Shown piece after piece: positions 9,271-17,576 of a stretch of DNA of 62,989 bases; position 1 is the stretch's first letter; every line of letters begins with the position of its first letter. The notes under the pieces are model-generated. The model did no database searches, was not told the DNA's origin, and was given only the letters and a program-made list of their open reading frames with translations. The position numbers and the translations under genes are program-made. The stretch covers positions 1-62,989 of the forward strand of contig JBEKCO010000009.1 of NCBI GenBank assembly GCA_050014835.1, read 5' to 3'. This DNA is from Acidimicrobiales bacterium. GTDB lineage: Bacteria; Actinomycetota; Acidimicrobiia; Acidimicrobiales; Bog-793.

Positions 9271-9685
9271 GTGCGGGCGATGAAGGACGAGATTCGGGTC
9301 GCGGGCCCAGAGGATTACGAGCGGATCGTCGCCATCGTCGACGATTGGTGGGGACAACCGATCAGCGACAAGCTGCCGCGTCTTTACCTCGACCACTTCT
9401 GGTCGACGAGCCGCGTCGCCGAGGACGCGTCGGGCCTGGCCGGTTTCCTCGTCGGCTTCGTGTCGCCGTCGCGCGGGCCTTGCTCGCGCGCTCTACCGAA
9501 AGTTCGAGGAGGGTGTGGCGGCGCTCGGGTGCGTCGAGGTGCACGCGATCACGGGACCCGGGAACACCGATTCCATCCACTTCCACCGGCATCTCGGTTT
9601 CGCGGTGAGCGCACCTGTCACCGGCTACAACGGGCCCGGTCGCCCGATGGTGACGTTCCGAAGGGCGCTGGAAACCTCTGCCTGA
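9271..9685 (+). pseudogene. GNAT family N-acetyltransferase with internal deletion and frameshift
   Basis: The N-terminal part (IRVAGPEDYERIVAIVDDWWGQ...GFLVGFVSPS) is in one frame. The C-terminal part (RAGLARALYRKFEEGVAALGCVEVHAITGPGNTDSIHFHRHLGFAV..., stop 9683-9685) is in the next frame. The expected beta4 strand (AYIHFVGV-like) is absent. Confidence 0.6.
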
Positions 9686-9721
9686 CGGTCACGGGTTGCG
9701 GCCGAAGACGGATTACGGGTC

Positions 9722-10393
9722 TTACTCGCGCATCTCCTGGCAGATCGACCAGTGGAGCTGCCGGGGCGACACGCCGAGACCCGCGGCCGCGGCGGCTATC
9801 GCCGAGGCGGCGTCGGAGTCGCTCGCGCGGTGGCCGATCGCGGTTTCGACGAACCGGTGGAGGCGTTCGTCGGGTTTCAGTGTCTCGATGCCGAGACGCA
9901 TCACGAGCCAGCTGTAGACCGCGGGCCCGAGCCCGAAGGTGCGCCCCTCGGCTGTGTACTGGACCCGACCCTGGAAATCCTGCCTGAAATCGCTCCTGTC
10001 GGCCCACGCCCGGAGAGCGGTGAGGTCGCCGACGCCCTCGTCGCGCAGGAACTGGACGAGCGCGCGCAACAGGCCCACGCGGGTCCACATCGCGTAGCCG
10101 AGCAGGTCCTGCGCCAGCTTCTCGTTGCCCCTCCTCGTGTTCGGGTACCGGACGAAGAGCCGCTCGAACTCTCCGAGGGTCGATGCCCGGTGCGCAGGGT
10201 CGTTCTCGAAGCGGGCGAGCGCGCGCGAGACCACAGTCACGTGCATCTGGAAGTCGACGACGGTCGTGACGAGGCAGGTCCCGAGGTTGTCGTCGACGCG
10301 GGCCTCCGAGACGATCGGGACCTTCGCCGCGGCCCGGGCGACCCGCAGGAGATTTGTCGTCGAGAGCATGCGCGAAGGATATGAGCGGCGCAT
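9722..10393 (-). CDS. Hypothetical protein (possible helix-hairpin-helix-like C-terminal half)
   Basis: Protein-like composition in a long ORF. Start guessed at MRRSYPS (10393). No motif I can name with certainty. Confidence 0.45.
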   Translation of the reverse strand: MRRSYPSRMLSTTNLLRVARAAAKVPIVSEARVDDNLGTCLVTTVVDFQMHVTVVSRALARFENDPAHRASTLGEFERLFVRYPNTRRGNEKLAQDLLGYAMWTRVGLLRALVQFLRDEGVGDLTALRAWADRSDFRQDFQGRVQYTAEGRTFGLGPAVYSWLVMRLGIETLKPDERLHRFVETAIGHRASDSDAASAIAAAAAGLGVSPRQLHWSICQEMRE

Positions 10394-10687
10394 CGCCTTC
10401 AGCCGGTCGGTCGCCCTGGGTGCACGGCACCTCGACACAAGACAAGTTCCGCGTCTACGCCGGTCCGGTCGGGCACCTCTTTCGCCTGTGTTCCTGGTGA
10501 TCGTCCCCTCGAGGGCCACCCCGAGACCCGGTCGACGTCAGGCGCGCGGCGACGCCTGTTCTTCGCCTGGGCGCGCGGCTTTCTACGAGCGCAGCTGGCT
10601 CGCTATTTGCGAATTGCGGATGGACCGAGGCGTGGCGCTTCGCGGCGCGTCGCCGTGGACAATCGTCGCGTGCTCGTCCGGTCGATC

Positions 10688-12409
10688 TCAGCCGCTGATG
10701 AGGGCGCGTGCCGCGTCGGCGATGTGGGCGGCCGAGATGCCGGCCGCCTCGAGGAGCTCGGCCGGTGTGCCCGACTGCGAGAGCCCCCGCACCGCGAGGT
10801 GCGTGATGAGCGGCGTGACACCCGCCTCGGCGAGAGCTGACAATGCCGCCTCGCCAAGTCCGCCGGCGGGGTAATGGTCCTCGGTGACGACGATCCGGGA
10901 GCCAGTCGCGGTGCAGGAAGCGACGAGCGTCGCGACGTCGATCGGCTTGACCGAGTAGCAGTCGATGACGCGGGCGGCGATCCCTTCCGCGGCGAGGAGA
11001 TCGGCCGCGGCGAGGCTCTCGTGCAGTGTCACGCCCGCCCCGACGAGGGTGACCGCGTCGTGTGGACCGGACCTTACGACCTTGGAGCCCCCGATCACGA
11101 ACTCCTCGCCGGCGTCGTAGATGACGGGGTAGGCGCCCCGGGTCGTCCGGATGTAGCAGACGCCCTGGCGGTCGGCCATCGCGACGGTGAGCGCGACGGT
11201 CGACGTTGCGTCGGCGGGGTAGAGGACGGTCGAACCGTTCACCGCCCGCATCGAGGCGAGGTCCTCGAGGGCCATCTGCGATGGTCCGTCGGAACCAATC
11301 TCGACGCCGGCGTGGGAGCCGGCGAGCCGGATCGACACCTCGGAGACCCCTGACATCCGCAGGAAGTCGAAGGCGCGCGACATGAACGCGCCGAACGTCG
11401 CGGCGAACGGCACGTAGCCGCGTACGGCGAGTCCCGCAGCGGCCGCGATCATCAGCTGTTCGGCGATGAAGGCCTCGAAATAGCGCTCGGGCGCGACGGC
11501 GTAGAAGAGCTCCGAGTTCGTCGAGTTCCCGACCTCGGCGTCGAGGACGACGACCTCCGGGCGCGCCGCGAGCGCGACGAGCGCTTCGCCCCAAGCCCTG
11601 CGGGTCGCGATCTTCTCGCCGAGCGCGTACCGGGGGAGCGTGAGCGGTACGTGCGGGTTCGGCACGATCGCCGGCGTCCCGGGCTCCGGAGGCGCGGAGG
11701 TGACGACGAGGGAGGTCGGCCCGCCGAGCGCGGCGATGGCCTTCTCGGCGAGCTCGGCCGGGAGCGCCGTGCCGTGCCAGCCGTTCTTGTCCTCGATCTC
11801 CGGCACACCGCGGCCCTTCACCGTCCGGGCGAGGATCACCGACGGGCGTGCGACGCGCCGGGCCTCGCAGTAAGCCGCGTCGAGGGCCGCGAGGTCGTGC
11901 CCGTCGACTTCGATCGGGTGGCACCCGAAGGCGGCGACCCGCTTCGCATAGGCGTCGAGGTCCCAGCCGAACTCGGTCGGCCCGCGCTGGCCGAGCCGGT
12001 TGACGTCGACGATCGCCGTGAAATTGTCGAGCTCGTAGTACGCCGCCTTGTCGAGGGCCTCCCAGACCGAGCCCTCGGTGAGCTCGCTGTCCCCGCAGAG
12101 CACCCAGACCCGATAGGGGAGCTCGTCGAGGAACTTGCCCGCCAGCGCGACGCCGACGGCCGCGGCGACCCCGAAGCCGAGCGACCCCGTCGCCAGGTCG
12201 ACCCACGGCAGCATCGGCGTCGGGTGGCCCTGGAGGCGCGAGCCGAAACGGCGGTAGGTCGTGACGAGCTCGTCCTCGTCGACGACGCCGACGGCCCGGA
12301 AGACCGCGTACAGAAGCGGCGAGGCGTGACCTTTCGAGAAGATCAGGTGGTCGTTCTCGGGCCGCTTCGGCAACGCCCAGTCGTAACGGAGGTGGCGGGT
12401 GACGAGCAC
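10688..12409 (-). CDS. Transketolase family protein (fused N- and C-terminal halves)
   Basis: IFSKGHASPLLYA, GSLGFGVAAAVGVALA, LCGDSELTEGSVWEA, and a pyrimidine-binding/C-terminal half. The first canonical start is GTG 12409, but a conserved in-frame segment continues to 12526. Confidence 0.85.
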   Translation of the reverse strand: MLVTRHLRYDWALPKRPENDHLIFSKGHASPLLYAVFRAVGVVDEDELVTTYRRFGSRLQGHPTPMLPWVDLATGSLGFGVAAAVGVALAGKFLDELPYRVWVLCGDSELTEGSVWEALDKAAYYELDNFTAIVDVNRLGQRGPTEFGWDLDAYAKRVAAFGCHPIEVDGHDLAALDAAYCEARRVARPSVILARTVKGRGVPEIEDKNGWHGTALPAELAEKAIAALGGPTSLVVTSAPPEPGTPAIVPNPHVPLTLPRYALGEKIATRRAWGEALVALAARPEVVVLDAEVGNSTNSELFYAVAPERYFEAFIAEQLMIAAAAGLAVRGYVPFAATFGAFMSRAFDFLRMSGVSEVSIRLAGSHAGVEIGSDGPSQMALEDLASMRAVNGSTVLYPADATSTVALTVAMADRQGVCYIRTTRGAYPVIYDAGEEFVIGGSKVVRSGPHDAVTLVGAGVTLHESLAAADLLAAEGIAARVIDCYSVKPIDVATLVASCTATGSRIVVTEDHYPAGGLGEAALSALAEAGVTPLITHLAVRGLSQSGTPAELLEAAGISAAHIADAARALISG

Positions 12410-12565
12410 GGCGAGCAGATCGGCGGCCGAGAGCGACGAGGTCGGGTGACCCGCGCCGGCGGCGGTCGTGCAGCGGATCGAGTCGACCCGGAGCTGTGTC
12501 GCGAGATCGGCGAGAGCCCTCGTAGGCTACCGCCGGGTGGAGCGGGAACTCGGCTGTGCGACGGC

Positions 12566-13072
12566 TCAGACTGTCCCGAGGTCCTTTCCCATGCAGACGC
12601 TGACCGACGAAGCGACGTAGGGGCCGAACTTCTCGATCTCGTGGTACCCCTCCCGCCGGTAGAGGGCGAGCGCCTCCGGCGAGCGGATCCCCGTCTCAAG
12701 GACGATCCGGTTCGCGCCGAGCGCTCGGGCCTCGTCTTCGAGGGCGCAGAGGACGACCGCCGCGATCCGCCGTCGGCGGAGTTCGGGCACGACGAACATG
12801 CGCTTCAGCTCGGCGACGTCGTCGTCGATCAGCCGGACGGCGCCGCAGCCGACGTCGGTGTCGCCGATCGACGCGACGACGAACATGCCGCGGCCGGCCC
12901 CCACCTCCTCCTCGGCGAGGTCGAAGTGGCAGTCGACGCGATTGGGATAACGCCCGGAAAGCTCGGCGTTGAGGGCCGTGACGAGCGCGACGGCGGCCGC
13001 GCTCGACAATTGCTCGCGGTGGACCCCGACGCCCACCGGTCCCTCGGCGCCGGGGATCGGCGCCGAAGTCAT
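12566..13072 (-). CDS. GNAT family N-acetyltransferase
   Basis: AELKRMFVVPELRRRRIAAVVLCALEDEARALG (motif A). ATG 13072 overlaps the TetR stop (tcat 13069-13072). Confidence 0.8.
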   Translation of the reverse strand: MTSAPIPGAEGPVGVGVHREQLSSAAAVALVTALNAELSGRYPNRVDCHFDLAEEEVGAGRGMFVVASIGDTDVGCGAVRLIDDDVAELKRMFVVPELRRRRIAAVVLCALEDEARALGANRIVLETGIRSPEALALYRREGYHEIEKFGPYVASSVSVCMGKDLGTV

Positions 13073-13746
13073 TCCGCGCCGCCCCGCCGTCGCTTCGAGG
13101 TCCCCCGACCCGGCCCGCTCGTCGCCGGTGACTGTGCGGCGGGCGAGAGCAAGGCCCCGAGGGAGGCGATCATCACCCGGGTCGCCGACGCCGGGGACCT
13201 GCCGAGCGAGGCGCGCAGGTACTCCCACATCGGCCAGGACGTCACGAGGTCGATCGCGTCCGTGAGGACGCGAGCATCCGCCCCGCGCTCACCCAGCTCG
13301 GGGGCGAACGTGGCGACGACATGGTCGCGCCGCGTTCGGGTGCAGAAGGCGATGCCCTCCGCCATCTCCGGTGAGCTCTGCTCGTCGAACATCGTCGCTC
13401 GGCGGATCGGCGTGAGGATCTCGAACAGCTTGCGGCACTGAGCGGCGACCGCCTCGATGCGTTCGGCGAGGGCGCGTTGGGTATCGATGGGCTTGAGGAT
13501 CTCCGCGTGCCGGCGCATCTGCAGATCGAGGGCGAGCCGCCGCAACGCCTCGACGTCCTCGAAGTGGTGGTACACGGTGCGGAGCGCGACCCCGGCGCGG
13601 GTCGCGACCTCTTGCGCCGTGGGCCGGACGGTGCCCGTGTCGACAAGGTCGAGGAGGGCCTCGATGACCCTGAGGCGTGTCCGCTCGCCGCGGGCGCGTC
13701 GCCCGTCAACCGGGAATGTCTCGATGTCTCCCATCACCATGACCAT
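13069..13746 (-). CDS. TetR/AcrR family transcriptional regulator
   Basis: RVIEALLDLVDTGTVRPTAQEVATRAGVALRTVYHHFEDVEAL. Start at MVMVMGD (13746). Confidence 0.8.
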   Translation of the reverse strand: MVMVMGDIETFPVDGRRARGERTRLRVIEALLDLVDTGTVRPTAQEVATRAGVALRTVYHHFEDVEALRRLALDLQMRRHAEILKPIDTQRALAERIEAVAAQCRKLFEILTPIRRATMFDEQSSPEMAEGIAFCTRTRRDHVVATFAPELGERGADARVLTDAIDLVTSWPMWEYLRASLGRSPASATRVMIASLGALLSPAAQSPATSGPGRGTSKRRRGGAE

Positions 13747-13922
13747 CGCACCTCGCGTACGGGCGAGCGGCACAATCTCGGCGATATTTGCACACGGTCG
13801 CAACCGGCACGAACTCGGGTCGACCGGATCACCATTTTTGCTGGATCCTGGCTGTTCTGCGGACGTCGCGGCCGGCGCCCGCCGGATCGGACCCTCGCCC
13901 GCTCGCCGCGGGCGCCGCCGGG

Positions 13923-14225
13923 TCAGGGGACGCGAATGTCGTGGAGGTGCGAGGCGAGTTGTCGCTCCTCGGCCGTCAGCGCCGACACCCGGGCCGGGGT
14001 GACGAGGCTCCAGTGCCTGCCCGCCGGGCAGCGTTGGAGCCTCCACCAGCCGAGGCGGATCGCCTTCAAGGACCCACCTGGGATCCAGAACGTGGTGAAC
14101 AGGTGCCCGCGCCGGCAGCGCACGACGGTGTTGACGCCAAAGATGGAGCCGCGACGGCGCGCCACCACGGCGAACTCGGCCGCGGTGACCAAGACGACGA
14201 CCACCAGGATGACCCTGCGCCGCAC
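13923..14225 (-). CDS. Small membrane-anchored Cys/His protein (conserved hypothetical)
   Basis: GTG 14225. One N-terminal TM helix (VILVVVVLVTAAEFAVV), then VVRCRRGHLFTTFWIPGGSLKAIRLGWWRLQRCPAGRHW. Confidence 0.5.
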   Translation of the reverse strand: MRRRVILVVVVLVTAAEFAVVARRRGSIFGVNTVVRCRRGHLFTTFWIPGGSLKAIRLGWWRLQRCPAGRHWSLVTPARVSALTAEERQLASHLHDIRVP

Positions 14226-14272
14226 GGTGCCAGGGTACGCCTCACGGCACGGCGGATGGTGGAGGGAAGCCT

Positions 14273-15055
14273 CTACCGTGGCGGCGTCCGCAGCCGGAAA
14301 TACGCCCCGGCGGGGTCGGTCACCGTCGCCACCTTCCCGTAAGGGGTGTCGTCGACGCCGGTGACGACGGAACCGCCGAGAGCCCGAACCTTCCTGGCGG
14401 CGGCGTCGACGTCGTCGACGTTCCAGTAGATCGACCAGTGTGGGGGCGTGCCTTGGGGGAGCGTCGCGCGGGCGTCGAGGATCCCCGCGAGCCATCCGTC
14501 GCTGTTCGGATCCTTCATCGTCGTGTAGCGGAACTCGCCGGAATCGTTCACGGTGCTCGTCTCCCACCCGAAGACGTCTCGGTAGAACGAGACGGCGGTT
14601 TCGTAGTCCCGGGTGTGCAGCTCGAACCAGTCCGGGGCACCGTGCTCGCCGAAGACGGTGAACCCCGGGAAGGTGCCCGGTTGCCAGGCCCCGAGAGGTG
14701 CGCCGGTCGGGTCGACGAACACCATCTGGGAGCCGAGGTCGGCGACCGCGGTCGGCGGGAAGGCGATGTTCGCGCCGGTGGCGGCGGCCGCATCGGCGGT
14801 CCGTGCGATGTCGTCGGTGCACAGATAGATCTTCCAGGTATTGTCGGCGCGCATGTCCCCCATGTCGCCCATCGCTCCGGCGACCGGGACGCCGTCGCGG
14901 GTGAACATGAAGTAGCCGCCGAACTCGGGGCTCGGCTCCTCTGCTTTCCAGCCGAAAACCTCGGCGTAGAACTTGCGGCTGCCCTCGACGTCAGAGGTCC
15001 ACAGGTCAGCCCAGCAGGGCGACCCTGCGGGTGCGCTGTTGCGGGTGGGCATCAT
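14273..15055 (-). CDS. VOC (glyoxalase/bleomycin-resistance) family protein, two-domain
   Basis: Repeated FYAEVFGW / FYRDVFGWE modules. Confidence 0.85.
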   Translation of the reverse strand: MMPTRNSAPAGSPCWADLWTSDVEGSRKFYAEVFGWKAEEPSPEFGGYFMFTRDGVPVAGAMGDMGDMRADNTWKIYLCTDDIARTADAAAATGANIAFPPTAVADLGSQMVFVDPTGAPLGAWQPGTFPGFTVFGEHGAPDWFELHTRDYETAVSFYRDVFGWETSTVNDSGEFRYTTMKDPNSDGWLAGILDARATLPQGTPPHWSIYWNVDDVDAAARKVRALGGSVVTGVDDTPYGKVATVTDPAGAYFRLRTPPR

Positions 15056-15434
15056 CGCTCCTTTCGATCCGGCCGTCGGTTTCAGACCGGCGGGGACGGT
15101 TCCGGTGTCGTTGCTCCTCGTTGAGAACCTGGCTCGTCGGGCGTCTCGCGCTGCGTCGGCTGACCGTCATCGACCGGGCGATGTACACCCTAACGGCGCG
15201 TCGTCCCGGCACTGGCGCCCTGCGGCGAGATCCGGCCCGGTTCGTCGATCTGACGGAGGAGGAAAAGGGGTGGAGCGGGCCGTCGGCTCGTTGGCGGAGT
15301 CGGCCGACGTCGCAGTCTTGCGCGCGACGTGCGTCGCGCGCACCCGTCACGTTGTGATCCCGGCGGTCCGAGAGCAAGCGCGACCTTCAGCGCCGTGAGG
15401 TTTCTGTTCGGGAGGGAATCCGTCTGATCCGGCC

Positions 15435-15925
15435 TCAGGAGATCCAGAGGCGGCCGTTGACGAGCTCGCACGTCGCGTCGAGATGACCGGCATGGCATGC
15501 CGTCTCCGTGATCACGTGGAGGACGATCTCCCGCAGATCGTGCAGTCTCCATGTCGGCCAGATGTCGTCGGGCCACGTGGCGGGTGGGGCGTCGAGGGAA
15601 GTCGCGGTGATGATCGCGTTCGCGCGCGCGATCTTCGCGCGGTACCGGCCGAAACCGCCTCGGCCGACATTTCCGCGGGGACGCGCCGCGCGGCATCGGC
15701 GTCGAGGTCGGGATCCGCTGGATCGAACGACTCCCCGGCGACGATCTCGCGGAACGAGAACCTCTCGACGCCGAGCGTCAGGTGACGCACCATGCCGAGG
15801 CACGTCCAACGGGACGGCAGGACCGGGCAGCGCAGCTGCCCGTCGGAAAGACCCTCGAGGATCCCGAGGACGTGTTCCCGTTGGTTGTCGGGCGTCGAGA
15901 CGAGCAGAGTGGTGCCTTTGCTCAT
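15435..15925 (-). pseudogene. DinB/DUF664 family protein split by a 1-nt frameshift
   Basis: N-terminal half in ORF 15512-15925 (REHVLGILEGLSDGQL...MVRHLTLGVERF). C-terminal half in ORF 15435-15809 (RYRAKIARANAII...LREIVLHVITETACHAGHLD). The frames meet near 15652-15660. Confidence 0.65.
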
Positions 15926-16043
15926 CCCGGCATTCTTACGGGCGCCCTGCCGGGATCGCGCCGCGAGGCGCGAGTCCGACCCTCTCCGTCGGCGGCCTTA
16001 CGGCGCCGCCTACAGTTTCGCCCGTGGCACGGGTCACGACGGC

Positions 16044-16685
16044 GTGAACACGCTGCTCAGCCCGCTTCTCGGGCTCGGTGGCTGGGAGGCGTACGCGCTC
16101 GTCGGGGCGCTGTGCTTCGGCGAGGCGGCGCTGTTCGTCGGATTCGTGCTCCCGGGCGAGACGGCGGTCGTGTTCGGGGGCGTGCTCGCCTCGGAGCACC
16201 ACGTCAGCCTGTCGTGGATCTGCACCCTCGTTGTCGTCTGCGCGATCGTCGGCGACAGCGTCGGCTACGAGGTCGGCCGGCGCTTCGGGCCGGTGCTGTT
16301 GTCCCACCGTCCGCTCAAGGACCACCCGGGGGTCGAGCGGACCCGTGACTTTCTGCAGCGCCGGGGCGCCTACGCCGTCTTCGTCGGCCGGTTCGTCGCC
16401 GTGTTCCGCGCCCTCGTCCCCGGCGTCGCCGGGGCGTCCGAGGTCCGCTACCGCACGTTCCTCGCCGCCAACGCGACGGGCGGGCTGATCTGGGGGACCG
16501 CCTACACGCTCGCCGGCTACGCCGTCGGCAAGTCGTACGAGAAGGTGCTGACCTGGGGCGGTCGGGCGTCGACCGCGATCATCGTCGTCGTGGCGGTCGG
16601 CGTCGTCGCCGCGGTCATTGTGCATCGGTGGCGCAAGCGGGTTGCTCTTTCTGAAGGGAGAAACAGCCCCGATCACAACGGTTGA
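16044..16685 (+). CDS. DedA family membrane protein
   Basis: FVLPGETAVVFGGVLA, GDSVGYEVGRRFG, FVGRFVAVFRALVPGVAG. GTG 16044. Confidence 0.85.
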   Translation: MNTLLSPLLGLGGWEAYALVGALCFGEAALFVGFVLPGETAVVFGGVLASEHHVSLSWICTLVVVCAIVGDSVGYEVGRRFGPVLLSHRPLKDHPGVERTRDFLQRRGAYAVFVGRFVAVFRALVPGVAGASEVRYRTFLAANATGGLIWGTAYTLAGYAVGKSYEKVLTWGGRASTAIIVVVAVGVVAAVIVHRWRKRVALSEGRNSPDHNG

Positions 16686-16709
16686 CGTGTCACACGTCGT
16701 CGCTATAGT
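16682..16709 (+). promoter_or_regulatory. Candidate promoter with embedded palindrome upstream of peroxiredoxin 1
   Basis: TTGACG (16682-16687), 16-nt spacer, TATAGT (16704-16709). The spacer carries the perfect palindrome GACGTGTCACACGTC (16684-16698). Confidence 0.35.
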
Positions 16710-16795
16710 GCTTTTGACTGACGCCGGAAAAGGCGTTCGCTGGCATCCGTCGACGGGGGAACGGATGTTGAGCGCCATGCTCTACGGGGGAGAAC

Positions 16796-17431
16796 ATGAC
16801 ACTGCGGCTCGGCGACCACGCGCCCGATTTCGTCTCCGACTCGACCGAGGGAGTGATCGCGTTCCACGACTACCTCGGCGACAGCTGGGGGGTTCTCTTC
16901 TCGCACCCGCAGGACTTCACACCGGTGTGCACGACCGAGCTCGGCGAGGTCGCCCGTCTCATCGGCGAGTTCGAGCGTCGCAACACCAAGGTGCTCGGCG
17001 TCTCGGTCGACCCTGTCGCGACCCACCGGGATTGGTGCAGCGACGTCAGGGACGTGACCGGCCACTCGCTCAACTTCCCGTTGCTCGGCGACCCCGACCG
17101 CATCATCGCGAGCCTCTACGGGATGATCCATCCCTTCGCCGACAACTCGCTCACGGTCCGCTCCGTCGTCGTCGTCAGCCCGCGCAAGACCGTCGCGCTC
17201 ATGATGAACTACCCGATGAGCACCGGGCGCGACTTCACCGAGATCCTGCGGGCCCTCGACTCCCTGCAGCTCGCTGCGCAGCACCCGGTCGCGACGCCGG
17301 CGAACTGGCGACCGGGCGACGATGTACTCGTCGCGTCGGCGGTTTCGGACGCCGATGCTGCAGCGAGGTTCCCGCGGGGTTACCGCGCGGTGAAGAACTA
17401 CCTCCGCTACACCCCGCAACCCGGGCTCTGA
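16796..17431 (+). CDS. Peroxiredoxin (1-Cys/Prx6-like, AhpC/TSA family), copy 1
   Basis: WGVLFSHPQDFTPVCTTELG peroxidatic-Cys motif; 211 aa. Confidence 0.9.
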   Translation: MTLRLGDHAPDFVSDSTEGVIAFHDYLGDSWGVLFSHPQDFTPVCTTELGEVARLIGEFERRNTKVLGVSVDPVATHRDWCSDVRDVTGHSLNFPLLGDPDRIIASLYGMIHPFADNSLTVRSVVVVSPRKTVALMMNYPMSTGRDFTEILRALDSLQLAAQHPVATPANWRPGDDVLVASAVSDADAAARFPRGYRAVKNYLRYTPQPGL

Positions 17432-17576
17432 GCTGGCCCGACGGCGCCGCGGCCCGTGCCGAGGCACGGACCGGTCGAGGTAGTCGGGAATTTTCGCGGC
17501 GCCGTTAAGCTTGCCGGACACGATCGACACGGTGGTCAGCGCGGCATGCGCGACCGGAATGGAAGAGGACCACAAG

